This document shows, piece by piece, positions 17,480 through 27,309 of a stretch of DNA of 64,000 bases (its first letter is position 1; every line of letters starts with the position of its first letter). Both the position numbers and the translations under genes were made by a program. The DNA lies in NCBI GenBank assembly GCA_028534125.1, contig CM052816.1, forward strand, positions 16,804,001 to 16,868,000, read 5' to 3'. The notes under the pieces were generated by a model. The model ran no database searches. It was not told the DNA's origin and saw only the letters and a program-made list of their open reading frames with translations. The stretch comes from Lama glama. Lineage: Eukaryota.

Positions 17480-18560
17480 CCCTGTCTGTCCCCACGGGGT
17501 GGGGCATGGGGCGTCCGCTGGCCCCTGGTTGGGGGGGTGCCGGAGCACGCTCAGGGAGGCTGTCGTTCGCCTTTTCCCAATCAGCTTCCATCATCTGGCC
17601 GCGGGAAGCGAACTCAGGACGCAGGGGATGGAGAGGGTCTGGGACTTAGCACTCCGCCACCCCCTCCCCCACTGGGTCCCGTGCTCTCCCCGCGGAGGCG
17701 GCCAGCGAGGCCCTGCCTCGCGGGCGGCAGGACTGGGGGAGGGGAAAAAGGGAAGGAGGGAGGGACGGTCGTGGTACCCGCCCCGAGGCCCCAGCGCCAC
17801 CTGCCCTCCGCCACCTACCGCGGCTCCTCCAGCTCCCAGGGCCGCGGCCGGAGCAGCTCTGAGCGCTCGGTTCGCCCCACGGTGCCCTTAAAAGGCGCCG
17901 GAGCGAACCAACGGGTCCTTGAGGAGAGTGGGCAGATAGCTCCGGTTCGCAGAATCCGCCTGAACCGTCCGCGGAGGCTTGAGCCACGCGTCGTTTCTCC
18001 CGAAAAGTCTTTCTTGGATAGCGCTGTCGGGAAGAGGCCTGCCTCTTTGACTAGGGATTAGGGTCGTTTCCTCACTATCTAGTCACCCCCTCCAAAACAG
18101 TGCAGAAGGTGAACTGGCCCAGTTGGAGGCAAACCTCGAAACCCGCGGGGGAGGCCGTGTCGGATGAAGATAAACAAAGCTATCGCTCCCGCCCTCCATT
18201 ACTACATCTGTCTACTTACAGCCCCCAGCTCGGTTCGAGCGGCGTAAGAGAATTAGCCAAGGTTCCTCTCACCTGCTCTCCTGTCCCGCCCTCCACGGCA
18301 GCCTCTTTGAAGGAATCCCCCTTCCCCCAGCAGAGGACCGGTCCGCGGCGCGAAGGCTTCTGGGAAGTGTAGTCCAAGCGCCGATTAGGGCCTGCTCTGA
18401 GTCCCAGGAGCCCCTTTTCCAGTAGCCGGATCCGCTCGAACCTTATAAACCAAGGACTTATAACGGTTGCGGGGGTGTTCCCACTTGGTTCTATAACTAG
18501 GTATCACCCAAAACGCTGTAAAGCTGACGAGGGCCCAGTGCTGTTCACGTCTCCTCCCTC
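17480..18560 (-). promoter_or_regulatory. FAM53C: CpG island / FAM53C promoter and non-coding exon 1 (candidate donor after 17819)
   Basis: CpG-rich; minus-strand GCCGCG|gtaggt donor; ACTACAnnTCCCA-type motif at ~18355-18375. Confidence 0.75.
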
Positions 18561-19903
18561 TACGCCCCCCTCCCAGCAGGATGAGGTAATGGGATTGTGA
18601 TTATGACATCATAGGCGGTTCAGTTGCTTGCGTGGGGGGAGGGGGGCCAGTACGGTGGTTACAGCTGGACCACTTTTCTTTAAGAGGGAGGAAACAGGCC
18701 GATGGAGGGAAAGATGATGATGGCACTGTATTTCCTCTTAAGGAAGAGAAAACCACCTTTTATTAAATCTCCACTACTACCACCACCTCCCACCTCAGCC
18801 AAAGTTTAAGTCCTTTTTGAAGAGCCTGAATATAGCAGTTAATAGGTGAAGAAGTTGTGGAACAGCTAGATTGATTTCTGGCTCTTATGTAAATTTGCTT
18901 CTGAGCTATCAAGGTTTTAGGGAGAGGGGGAAAAGATGGGAACAGGAGAGATTTTAAACAATGCCTTCGTGTTATGATCTCTTTGTAGGAGAGTTTTAGA
19001 TTTCTTTTTAAATTGATTGGAAAGTAGAAGTAATGCAAGTCATCTTCACTATTACATTCAGAAACAAGTCCCCCGAAAGACATGTTTTCCCTATTTTGTG
19101 CCCTACTCAAGTCTGGGACAGATAAGTAGTTGTGATCAGCTAGAAAGTACAGCCAGTGGTGGGATCTTCAACACAGAGCCAGGGAAAGGAGGGGGCAGGA
19201 GCCACCAAATCTGCAAACTGAAAAAGAAGAGTGAGGTACTTATCAAGAAAATGGGAGTGGAAGGAAGATGCACTTCACATTTGCTTGTCTTGTACATTTC
19301 CCCTTGGCAAAAGAAGGGGCAGTGACCATGCAGGACAGGAGACATGGATTCCAATAATTGCTGTTGTGGAACACTTATGTGCCAGGCACTGTGCTGCATA
19401 CTTTAAATATGTATTCTCATTTTTGCCTCCAATCATCAAGTGAGACAAAATCTCCTTATCTGACATATGAAACAGCAGGAGAGGTTAAGTGACTGCTCAT
19501 ATGGTGGGCAAAGGTAATATTAAAAAGCAGTTTGAGGCTCTAAAGCCCTTGTTCTTCACCACTAGGTGATCTTCCTTTTTATTTAGTAATAAAATACCAT
19601 GCTTATTAAAGTTAAGTGATTGAGTATAAGAAGTTAAGTTAGCATTGGTACATTTGCAAAACAAAGACATTGAGACACTTAAAACCACCAAACCTTGCAA
19701 GTCAGGTTTCAGTTCTCATTTCAAAGGAAGATTACACCCATTTTCATCAAGTATAAAATAGCCCCTAGTGAAGCCCAACTTTTCCTCCATTACTAATTAA
19801 ATATCCTAATGTTTTAGTTCAAAGTTTTTTACTCATGTCCTGCCATTTTTTCCTGCTGTCGCATTTTTCTTCTTTTGTTCTTGGGCTACTACCTTGAACC
19901 CCA

Positions 19904-20072
19904 TCAAAATTGTAACCTCCTGAGCCAGACCTCATCTCTGACCCTGCTCCAGTGGATTCCAGCAGAGGCTCCCTTCTGTTTCTCATCCAGATTCTCTGAG
20001 GGTTCTATGGCCTGAGACAAGTCCTCCAAAGGGGTGGGATCCATTGGCTTTAAGAGACTCTCCATTTCCTGC
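19904..20072 (-). CDS. SLBP2: SLBP2-like coding exon 5 (3' boundary uncertain; alternative donor after 19943)
   Basis: cctccctag acceptor in the phase required by exon 4; QEMESLLKPMDPTPLEDLSQAIEPSENLDEKQKGASAGIHWSRVRDEVWLRRLQF*. Confidence 0.6.
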
Positions 20073-20214
20073 CTAGGGAGGCAACAGAGTCAGAAGAACA
20101 TGCACCTCATTCAAACTCTCCCTTTTCAGCCAGTGAAAGCTAAACTTCTGCAAAGTGGGGAGAGGTAGGGCTCAGTCCACCACTCAAGGAAGTAACCAGG
20201 AATAATGCACGTAC

Positions 20215-20367
20215 CCCTCAGCCCCCCTGCCCTGCAGAGGCTGGCTAGGGGGGTCCCATGAATGTAGAGCTCTTCTCCATTGCCTGATCTGGGCATCCCA
20301 GGAGCGACGACTGTACCTCCTGTTCTTGTTTGGTGTTTGAGGGTGAAATCCTGGCTGTCGCTGTGCC
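20215..20367 (-). CDS. SLBP2: SLBP2-like coding exon 4, second half of the SLBP RNA-binding domain
   Basis: ttgccag acceptor, gtacgt donor; (K)[51 protein letters not shown] aligns to SLBP [38 protein letters not shown]. Confidence 0.93.
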
Positions 20368-20757
20368 CTGGCAATGACAAATGTGTCAGACTAAGGTCAA
20401 GGTGATGGAGCACAGCTCACTGCTTATCACAGTGAATCAGGAGACTCATTAGGGTCTCTGAGAATAAGATAGGATCAATTCTCTCAATCCAAAGAGATCT
20501 TTAAACACCAAACTTCCCAACTCCCTAATATTCTTTCTTCTGAGAAGGGTAAATTAGATATTCTAATTCTCTCAGAAATCAAGATAGATAGAAAAGACAG
20601 TATTTGACATGTCTTTAAAATAAATTCTACCTTCTTATACATTAGTTTGTATGTATTCATATAAGCTTACCTGTAATTAGGCAAGTATATCATAATTAGC
20701 CAAGTCAGCTGGAGGTATGAGGTGAAAATGGATGGAAGTAAAAAAAACTTCATTAGC

Positions 20758-21592
20758 TTTTCCACCTGCTCCCCCAAACCCCTCCCCTCCCCCAGAGCCT
20801 CTCCCAGCTCCTGCTAATCTAGCGCCTCAGCCATCATCAGCCGCCATCAAGATCATCTACTGGGATCTCATCAGCCATGATGAGATGTTCCCCTGACATC
20901 TACAAGATCCAGGAGATTGAAGACAGGCTGTGTCTGGAGATGGAGGGGAAGTTGGCCAGTAAGACAGGGGGTAACAATGATGACTCGCTTATTGGTGAAA
21001 ATGCCTCCACTGAATGCCCTGAGGGCAAAGGCACGAAACCACAGTCATCACTGGTGTCGATATTGTCATGAACCATAACTTGCAGGAAACCAGCTTCACA
21101 AAAGAAACCTACAAGAAGTATATCAAAGGCTACATGAAGTCAATCAAAGCGAAGCTTGACGAACAAAGGCCAAAAGGAGTAAAAACCTTTTATAATAGGC
21201 ACTGCAGAACAAATCAAGCACATCCTTGCTAATTTCAAAAACTATCAGTTGTTTATTGGTGAAAACATGAATCCAGATGGCATGGTTGCTCTGCTAGACC
21301 ACTGTGAGGATGGCGTGACCCCACACATGATTTTCTTTAAGGATGGTTTAGAAATGGAAAAATGTTAACAAATTTGGCTGTTACTTTGGATCTATCACCT
21401 GTCATCATAACTGGCTGGCCCCTGCTTTTCATCCACGCAGCACCAGGTCTTAGACAAATGGGACTGATGTCATCTTGAGCTCTTCATTTATTTTGACATT
21501 GATTTATTTGGAGCAGAGGCATTGTTTTTGAGAAAAAAAAAGACATGTCATGTAGGTCTTCTAAAAATAAAATGCATTTAAACTAAAAAAAG
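20758..21592 (+). pseudogene. TPT1: TPT1 (TCTP) processed pseudogene, inside the SLBP2-like intron
   Basis: Intronless TPT1-like sequence (..[20 protein letters not shown] ending 21368); start codon reads AAG at 20849-20851; frameshift near 20891; AATAAA 21566-21571; A tail; perfect 18-bp TSD aaaaaaaacttcattagc at 20740-20757 and 21593-21610. Confidence 0.95.
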
Positions 21593-21844
21593 AAAAAAAA
21601 CTTCATTAGCAAATATGGGTAGAGCTTTAAAAAGTCTTATGGACCAAATATTATTTGTTCCACTTGAAAAAAATTTTAGAAACTTATTTTTGGGGCTAGA
21701 TTGCAGGATAATTCATTTTAGTAATGCTGCAAAGTGAGATCACTTTGTGAGAGCACTCAGATTCTAGTATCTTTCCATCATCTGACATTGAATAAAAGCC
21801 ACTTGGTTGACACTTTTGTTGTGACTGTCCACAATTACACTCAC

Positions 21845-21949
21845 TTGGGAACCTGCTGCAGAAAGCACTGGTAACCAGGCGTGCACTTGCCATAATCTAT
21901 CTGCTTTTGCCGCCGTTGTAGGACAATTTCATCTGTCTCTACCTCCCAC
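21845..21949 (-). CDS. SLBP2: SLBP2-like coding exon 3, first half of the SLBP RNA-binding domain
   Basis: cttcttcacag acceptor, gtgagt donor; WEVETDEIVLQRRQKQIDYGKCTPGYQCFLQQVP(K) aligns to SLBP ETDE.[26 protein letters not shown]. Confidence 0.93.
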
Positions 21950-22055
21950 CTGTGAAGAAGTAGATAGTGGCCCCATAAAGTGTGATTATAGTCATCAAAG
22001 CAGAAACCAATTCATCCCATATTCCCTTAATCCCCAGCCTGATTTTCAAACTCAC

Positions 22056-22136
22056 CTGGCATGGCAGGGCTCTGTGCTGACTCCCACACTCACCATCTCT
22101 ATACTATAGGATAAAGACTCCTCACACACCTCCATT
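22056..22136 (-). CDS. SLBP2: SLBP2-like coding exon 2
   Basis: acttccccag acceptor, gtgagt donor; 81 nt, phase 2-2, open: MEVCEESLSYSIEMVSVGVSTEPCHA(R). Confidence 0.75.
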
Positions 22137-22484
22137 CTGGGGAAGTAGATTCTACAGATAAAAAGGGTATTAGGATAAAACCCTGCTAATTACATTGTAC
22201 CTCTCAGCCACTACTACTACTACTAAAATCCTGACACCAGATAAATGTTGTATTTGTGACTTACTGTCTCTCAAAGATAAAGGTTGCATTTCTGATTTGT
22301 TTTTCAAACTGTGCTCTGCAAGCCATCTTCATGGGTAGCACCTGGAGGCCTTGTTAATTCCTGGGGCCCACTCTAGACTGAATCATCAGTTTGGGGGCCT
22401 GTATTATAAAGAGCTTCTGAGGTTATTTTAAACACTTTTTATTATGGAAAATTTCAGATATACAAAGAGAATAGCATAATCCTC

Positions 22485-22648
22485 TGCTGCTCAAAGTATG
22501 GTCCAAGGACCAGCTGCATCAGCATCAGCTGGGAGCTTTTTAGAAGTGCAGGCTCTTGGGCCCCAACCCACATCGACTGAATCAGAATTTACATTCTAAC
22601 AAGATTCCCCAGGTGATTAGTATGCTGGTTAAACTTTGAGAGCATTGA
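22485..22648. mobile_element. MER5A-like hAT DNA transposon remnant
   Basis: ctcaaagtatggtcc..cagcatcagctgggag..actgaatcagaa..ccccaggtgat..tttgagagcattg; related copies at ~35455-35632, ~41800-41960, ~47455-47625. Confidence 0.72.
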
Positions 22649-22994
22649 TAAAATGGACCAGTTACACATCACCCAATACTCACGGCCAATCTTGTTTCAT
22701 GTATACCCACCACTACTCCTACAGGATTTTTTAAAAGTAAATCCCCAACATTAAGAATAAATTCTTAATATCACCTAGTCAATGTTCACATTTCCATAAA
22801 CAACCACAGTTTGAGATCCTTTGGACTGTGGTAAGAATTAAGCGAAGAGATGATTCAACCCTCCTATTTTCCTTGAAAAGGAATTTCCTTTACCCCACAT
22901 AACCTAGAATCTCAGATATTGCGCGCTTAAAAGGGACACCGACCAAGGAAAGCTCTTGGAAGGGGCCAATGCCGATCATCAGAAATGCACACAC

Positions 22995-23038
22995 CTGTCT
23001 CGTTGCAACATCTGCCATCCCGGCGGCAAATGTTCCAT
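22995..23038 (-). CDS. SLBP2: SLBP2-like candidate first coding exon
   Basis: cttctgctgtag|ATGGAACATTTG...CGAGACAG|gtgtgt; 44 nt MEHLPPGWQMLQRD(R), phase-compatible with exon 2; a possible upstream non-coding exon ends at 23281 (TAG|gtaagc). Confidence 0.55.
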
Positions 23039-23219
23039 CTACAGCAGAAGGCTAGCAAAACGTAATGACACCAGAAAGAAGCAGGGAAGAAAAAAAATAG
23101 TTTGAAACACGGTCCCACATAAATTAGGTAGTATCCTAAGGAGTGGTGATCTCTAGCAAGGTGCGATTTAAACATCCCGGGGCTTGAGGGTCTGAGGGAC
23201 CGGTGGGCTCAGAAAGGGT

Positions 23220-23500
23220 GTGATGATTGGCCAGAGGGAGAGCCAATGACGCGCCAAGCTCCTTGTGGGGCGGGGCTTACCTAAGCTTTTGCTGAAATCT
23301 GGTGAGCCAATTGGCAGCCTGCTCTGGTGGAGGGGCGGGGCAAATATCGCTCCTTCCGGAGTAGATCACGCCCCGGGTGATGTACGAGTCAATCGATTGG
23401 CCGAGGCTGGGATGGGTCTGGGCAGGCACCCGGAGATTGGCTGACTCAGCTGAGAGGCGAGCGGGATAGGCTATTGAGAGGGCGGAAGGTTTGAATGGTC
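23220..23500 (+). promoter_or_regulatory. CDC25C: CDC25C core promoter: CCAAT (NF-Y) boxes, GC boxes, CDE/CHR
   Basis: ATTGG/CCAAT at 23226, 23243, 23307-23314, 23396, 23436; GGGGCGGGG at ~23267 and ~23332; CDE GGCGG 23481-23485, 4-nt spacer, CHR TTTGAA 23490-23495. Confidence 0.9.
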
Positions 23501-24142
23501 AAGGCCTGCGGCTGGCTGTTGATCTTCTTTCTCTGAGGATGTAACTTTGGCCGTCTGCTGAGAGAAGCGGCGAAGCCGGACCCCCGCCTATCCAGTCGAG
23601 AAGTATGATTAAATTGCTTCCTTTCCCTAGATTTCCTTTAATTCTGCTGGAGTCTTCGTTTGGATCCGATTCCCACTTACTTCCCTTTCTCCTGAAGGCA
23701 CGTCTCAGATTCAAACTTGAGGTAAGCCCAAAGCCGCCTCCTCCGCGGAATCAGGGCCTGTGCGAAAGGTTAGAGGGACCTAATGGGCATTATTGTGAGT
23801 TAGGAGATCTGAACCCCTTCCTGTCAGGAGTCATGAGCTGTGTGGCCCCTAACAAGTCAAAGTCCTCTTTTTATTCCATTTTTAAGGTCCTGAGGTTGCC
23901 TTGGGGTAAGTTCAGTTTCCGACGGAAAGGCCAAGCCAATTCGGGCAAGTACTATTTAACCTTCAAGCCAAGCTGTGATTCACCGTTTGGGAATGCCTCC
24001 TTCTCCAATATTGATCCGCTTGGCCGCTGCTGGAAAGGGTGGAGGAGGTTGTGAAAGCTGGACCCTCCGTGGTGTACCTGTGTAGATGACGTTCTCCTTT
24101 CTTAGTTAGGTTTTATGTTTTCTTAGAGAGAACTCGGAGACC

Positions 24143-24336
24143 ATGTCTGCAGAATTCTTTACATCTACAAGAGAGAAGAGAAGCACTGGCTCAGGACCTA
24201 GTTTTAGGTCTAATCAGAGGAAGGTATTAAACCTGCTCCTGGAGAGAGATACTTCCTTTACCATCTGTTCAGATCTCCCTAGAACTCCAGTGGAGAAACT
24301 TTTTGGTGATTCTGCAGACTCAAGCATTTTGTCTGG
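24143..24336 (+). CDS. CDC25C: CDC25C first coding exon
   Basis: [39 protein letters not shown]...SILSG; 194 nt; gtaaat donor. Confidence 0.95.
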
Positions 24337-25071
24337 GTAAATCCACTTTTTCTGCTCACACCTTATCTCCTTCGCTCTTCTAAACAGATTTTGGTTTTTA
24401 AAAATGATTCTGGCTCAAAGATCAGGGTTTAAGTCTTAGGTGTGCCTTGACTAACCATTTTGACCCTTTAGAGTCTCAGGCTTCTTTTCTGTAGCATAGA
24501 GATATCAATTTCTTCCTATCTTATTAGAATCTTGTGAGAATCAAATGATATGATGTCTGGAAAAAGTCTTTGAAAACTCTGTTGCATTATATGAATTTTC
24601 ACTTTATTAGTGTTACAATTAGTGTTATTGTTATTGTACTTTAAATTCTAGTCATGCCATTCACTGCTGCCTCAGCTAGCCAACAAAGTTGGAGAATCAC
24701 AATGCCTGAGAAGTACTAGAGACTCCCGGGAGAAATCAAATCTGTGTGCTCATGGTGCAAAGGGCAAAAGATGTGGGGTCAAGACCTTCTATGAACAATA
24801 AACTTTGGTTCTCAATTTAAAAAATATTATCTTCTCTCAGTATGTTGGTGAGGAGAAAATTAGGTACAGGTAGTTGGAGTAGAGAAAAGGTGGGAGATTT
24901 TTCTCAGCCTAGTCTGAAATATTTCCAAGAAACAATCAGATTTATTTGGACACTGTTCGCATTATATGATAGTCACTGAGGGATGTCTCAAATGAAGAGG
25001 ATAATGTGATCTTTCCTTTTAAGGATATTACAGTCTAATGGGAATCTTGATGTACTATTATGTCTCAACAG

Positions 25072-25166
25072 AGGAACTCCAAAGCGTTGCCTTGATCTTT
25101 CAAATCTTAGCAGCGGGGAGATGTCTGCCACTCAGTTTACCACTTCTACAGACCTTGATAAAACTG
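25072..25166 (+). CDS. CDC25C: CDC25C coding exon 2
   Basis: [35 protein letters not shown] flanks; 95 nt. Confidence 0.93.
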
Positions 25167-25852
25167 GTAGGAAAAAGGAAAACAAAGGCCTCAAGGAAAT
25201 AACTTTTAGGGGAGAGGACAGGATACAAGGATAGAGACCGAAGGTGATAAAAGTAGATAGAGAACCTTGAAATTTGAATGCATTGGGTACCTAGAGGATT
25301 TTTGAGTAGAATGAATCAGCCAATGGGAGGAGAATTGACCCTAATAGGGGTCACTTTGCATTGAAAAAGTTAGACAGGAAGGAATATTTTGTTGACTGAT
25401 TGTGAATTAAATTGGTAGTTAAGATGAGAAGTTTTATACCCTAGTCTACTCTCAGTAGAGGCAAAGAAACCAACACAAAGAAATACTTTGTCAGCTAATT
25501 CTTATGTGTTTTATAAGGTGTGTGCCCAAAAGGAATGTGTTTTACTAGTCAACCATTTTAATATTTGTTCTAATTTGATTTCCTGAATGATAAGCTTTCC
25601 TTTCTACTTATGAAAAAAAATCTCTGTAGATTAGTATAGTGCACTTCTTCTCAATATTTTTTTTCTTTCAGTGACACACGTAAATTCTTATATTGCCATG
25701 AACTTATACCTTATACAATGAAATTGGCACCTGTTAAGAGCCTTTGTGTTCAAAAGGTCAGCTTTTGACATTAATATGACTCACTGGTAATGAAGAAAAT
25801 TAGAGGGAAAGACAGAATGCATGGACAAAAATAACTCTGTATCTGATTGCAG

Positions 25853-25898
25853 GTCCCTTGGATTCTTCAGTACCTGAGGAAATACAGTTAGCTGGAAT
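25853..25898 (+). CDS. CDC25C: CDC25C coding exon 3
   Basis: (G)PLDSSVPEEIQLAG(M); tgcag acceptor, gtaagt donor; 46 nt. Confidence 0.88.
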
Positions 25899-27071
25899 GT
25901 AAGTTCTTTTTCTAAATGAACCCCATGCTAAAGCCTTTTCAGCACGGGCATGGGGATAGTATATTCTGTAGACTCTGTAGAGAATGTTTCACTTTGGATG
26001 TGAGTGGGTGTGGAGGCCTAGATTGTTCCCTTAAAAGGTTTTTAAGTTTCCCAGATCTAAATTGTGTTGTGAAAATGAAGGCTGTTCATTTTAACCATCA
26101 CACAAGTAGTATTGTCTTTAAAATACAGGAAAATGATATACTGAACTTAGGCATAGGCTGTTATCTGCATGTGAGTAGTACTGTATTTTAGTGGTTAAAA
26201 GTGCAGAGTGCAGACTGGAATGAGTATGTCTGGGTAAGAGTGGCTTACTACTTTACCAACTCACTCTGACAAGTTTTTTAGCTTCAAGGGACCTCAGTTT
26301 CTTATTTGTAATAAAGAAATAATAATAATAATGGAGATAATAATAGTACTTTTCATAACTGGCTCCTGTGAGGATTAAATGAAAATGTGTACCCAATGCT
26401 TACCAAGCATTTTATGTTTATTATTATTACTATTGAAGGTTCTTTGCTGACAATCTTACAAATATTTAGTCAGAGAGTATTCAAGGAATGAAGAGTAATT
26501 TTAATTCACTTCTTAAACTTATCGCAAGTTTTCCGTTTGACTGTTTTAATTATGTATAACTTTATCCTTCAATGCTTAGATGAATTAGATGCCACTTTTG
26601 TGCACTAGGGAAGGCTTTCCATGAGGTATTTTTATCAATACATGTGAAGATTTTACTTTGTATTGCTTTTTTTTTTAATTGCTTAATATGTCCTAACCCA
26701 TGTAGACTAGGTAAAATCTGGGAAGGGAAAATAGAAATTCATAGAAAGTAAATATTGGCTCCCAATAGCAATGCTGAAAAATTGCTAAATTGTAAATTGT
26801 GTCTATATAAGATATAGGACAAACTTGTCACCTTTGACGTGAATCTATATATATGGTTATGCAAGTGAAATGAAGTCCTTATATACAGGATTTCACTCAA
26901 TGTCTTCATACTTACCACAGAGAACACCCTACATTTTGTTATTAAAAGAGACATATCAACTAGGGATAGGGCTCCTAGAATGGAACAAAGGAAAAGTTGG
27001 GATGCCTCAAGTCACTTAAGAATAACCAAACTGTATTTGGGGTTTAACTGATAAGTTTTTTTAATCTACAG

Positions 27072-27105
27072 GAATTATCATCAACAACTTATAAAATGCA
27101 GCTCA
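27072..27105 (+). CDS. CDC25C: CDC25C coding exon 4
   Basis: NYHQQLIKCSS; ctacag acceptor, gtgagt donor; 34 nt restores phase 0. Confidence 0.87.
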
Positions 27106-27219
27106 GTGAGTAACTCATCTTTCTTAGATTTGGGTTTGTTTGTCGGTGGGAGGCAGAGGATTTCCAACCTACCTGTGGCTTAAGGATTCTGGATGTTCTC
27201 AGAAAATTATTTCTTGTAG

Positions 27220-27309
27220 GCACACCTGCTTTGCAGCACCCCGAATACCTTGAACTGTGGCTACAGGAAGAAAGCTACTGTATGCAGCTCATCTGCAAAT
27301 AAAGAAAAT
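27220..27309 (+). CDS. CDC25C: CDC25C coding exon 5 (ends in the KEN box)
   Basis: AHLLCSTPNTLNCGYRKKATVCSSSANKEN; ttgtag acceptor, gtgagt donor; 90 nt. Confidence 0.92.

Noticed and set aside
17477..18061. 194-aa and other ORFs in the FAM53C CpG island
   Set aside because: Explained by GC content; no family resemblance
20877..21071. 64-aa ORF as a functional TPT1 retrogene
   Set aside because: True start codon mutated and frame disrupted; the peptide only partly follows TCTP
23605..24054. 149-aa ORF upstream of the CDC25C ATG
   Set aside because: Crosses the exon-1 donor into intron; no homology evident; at most a uORF start
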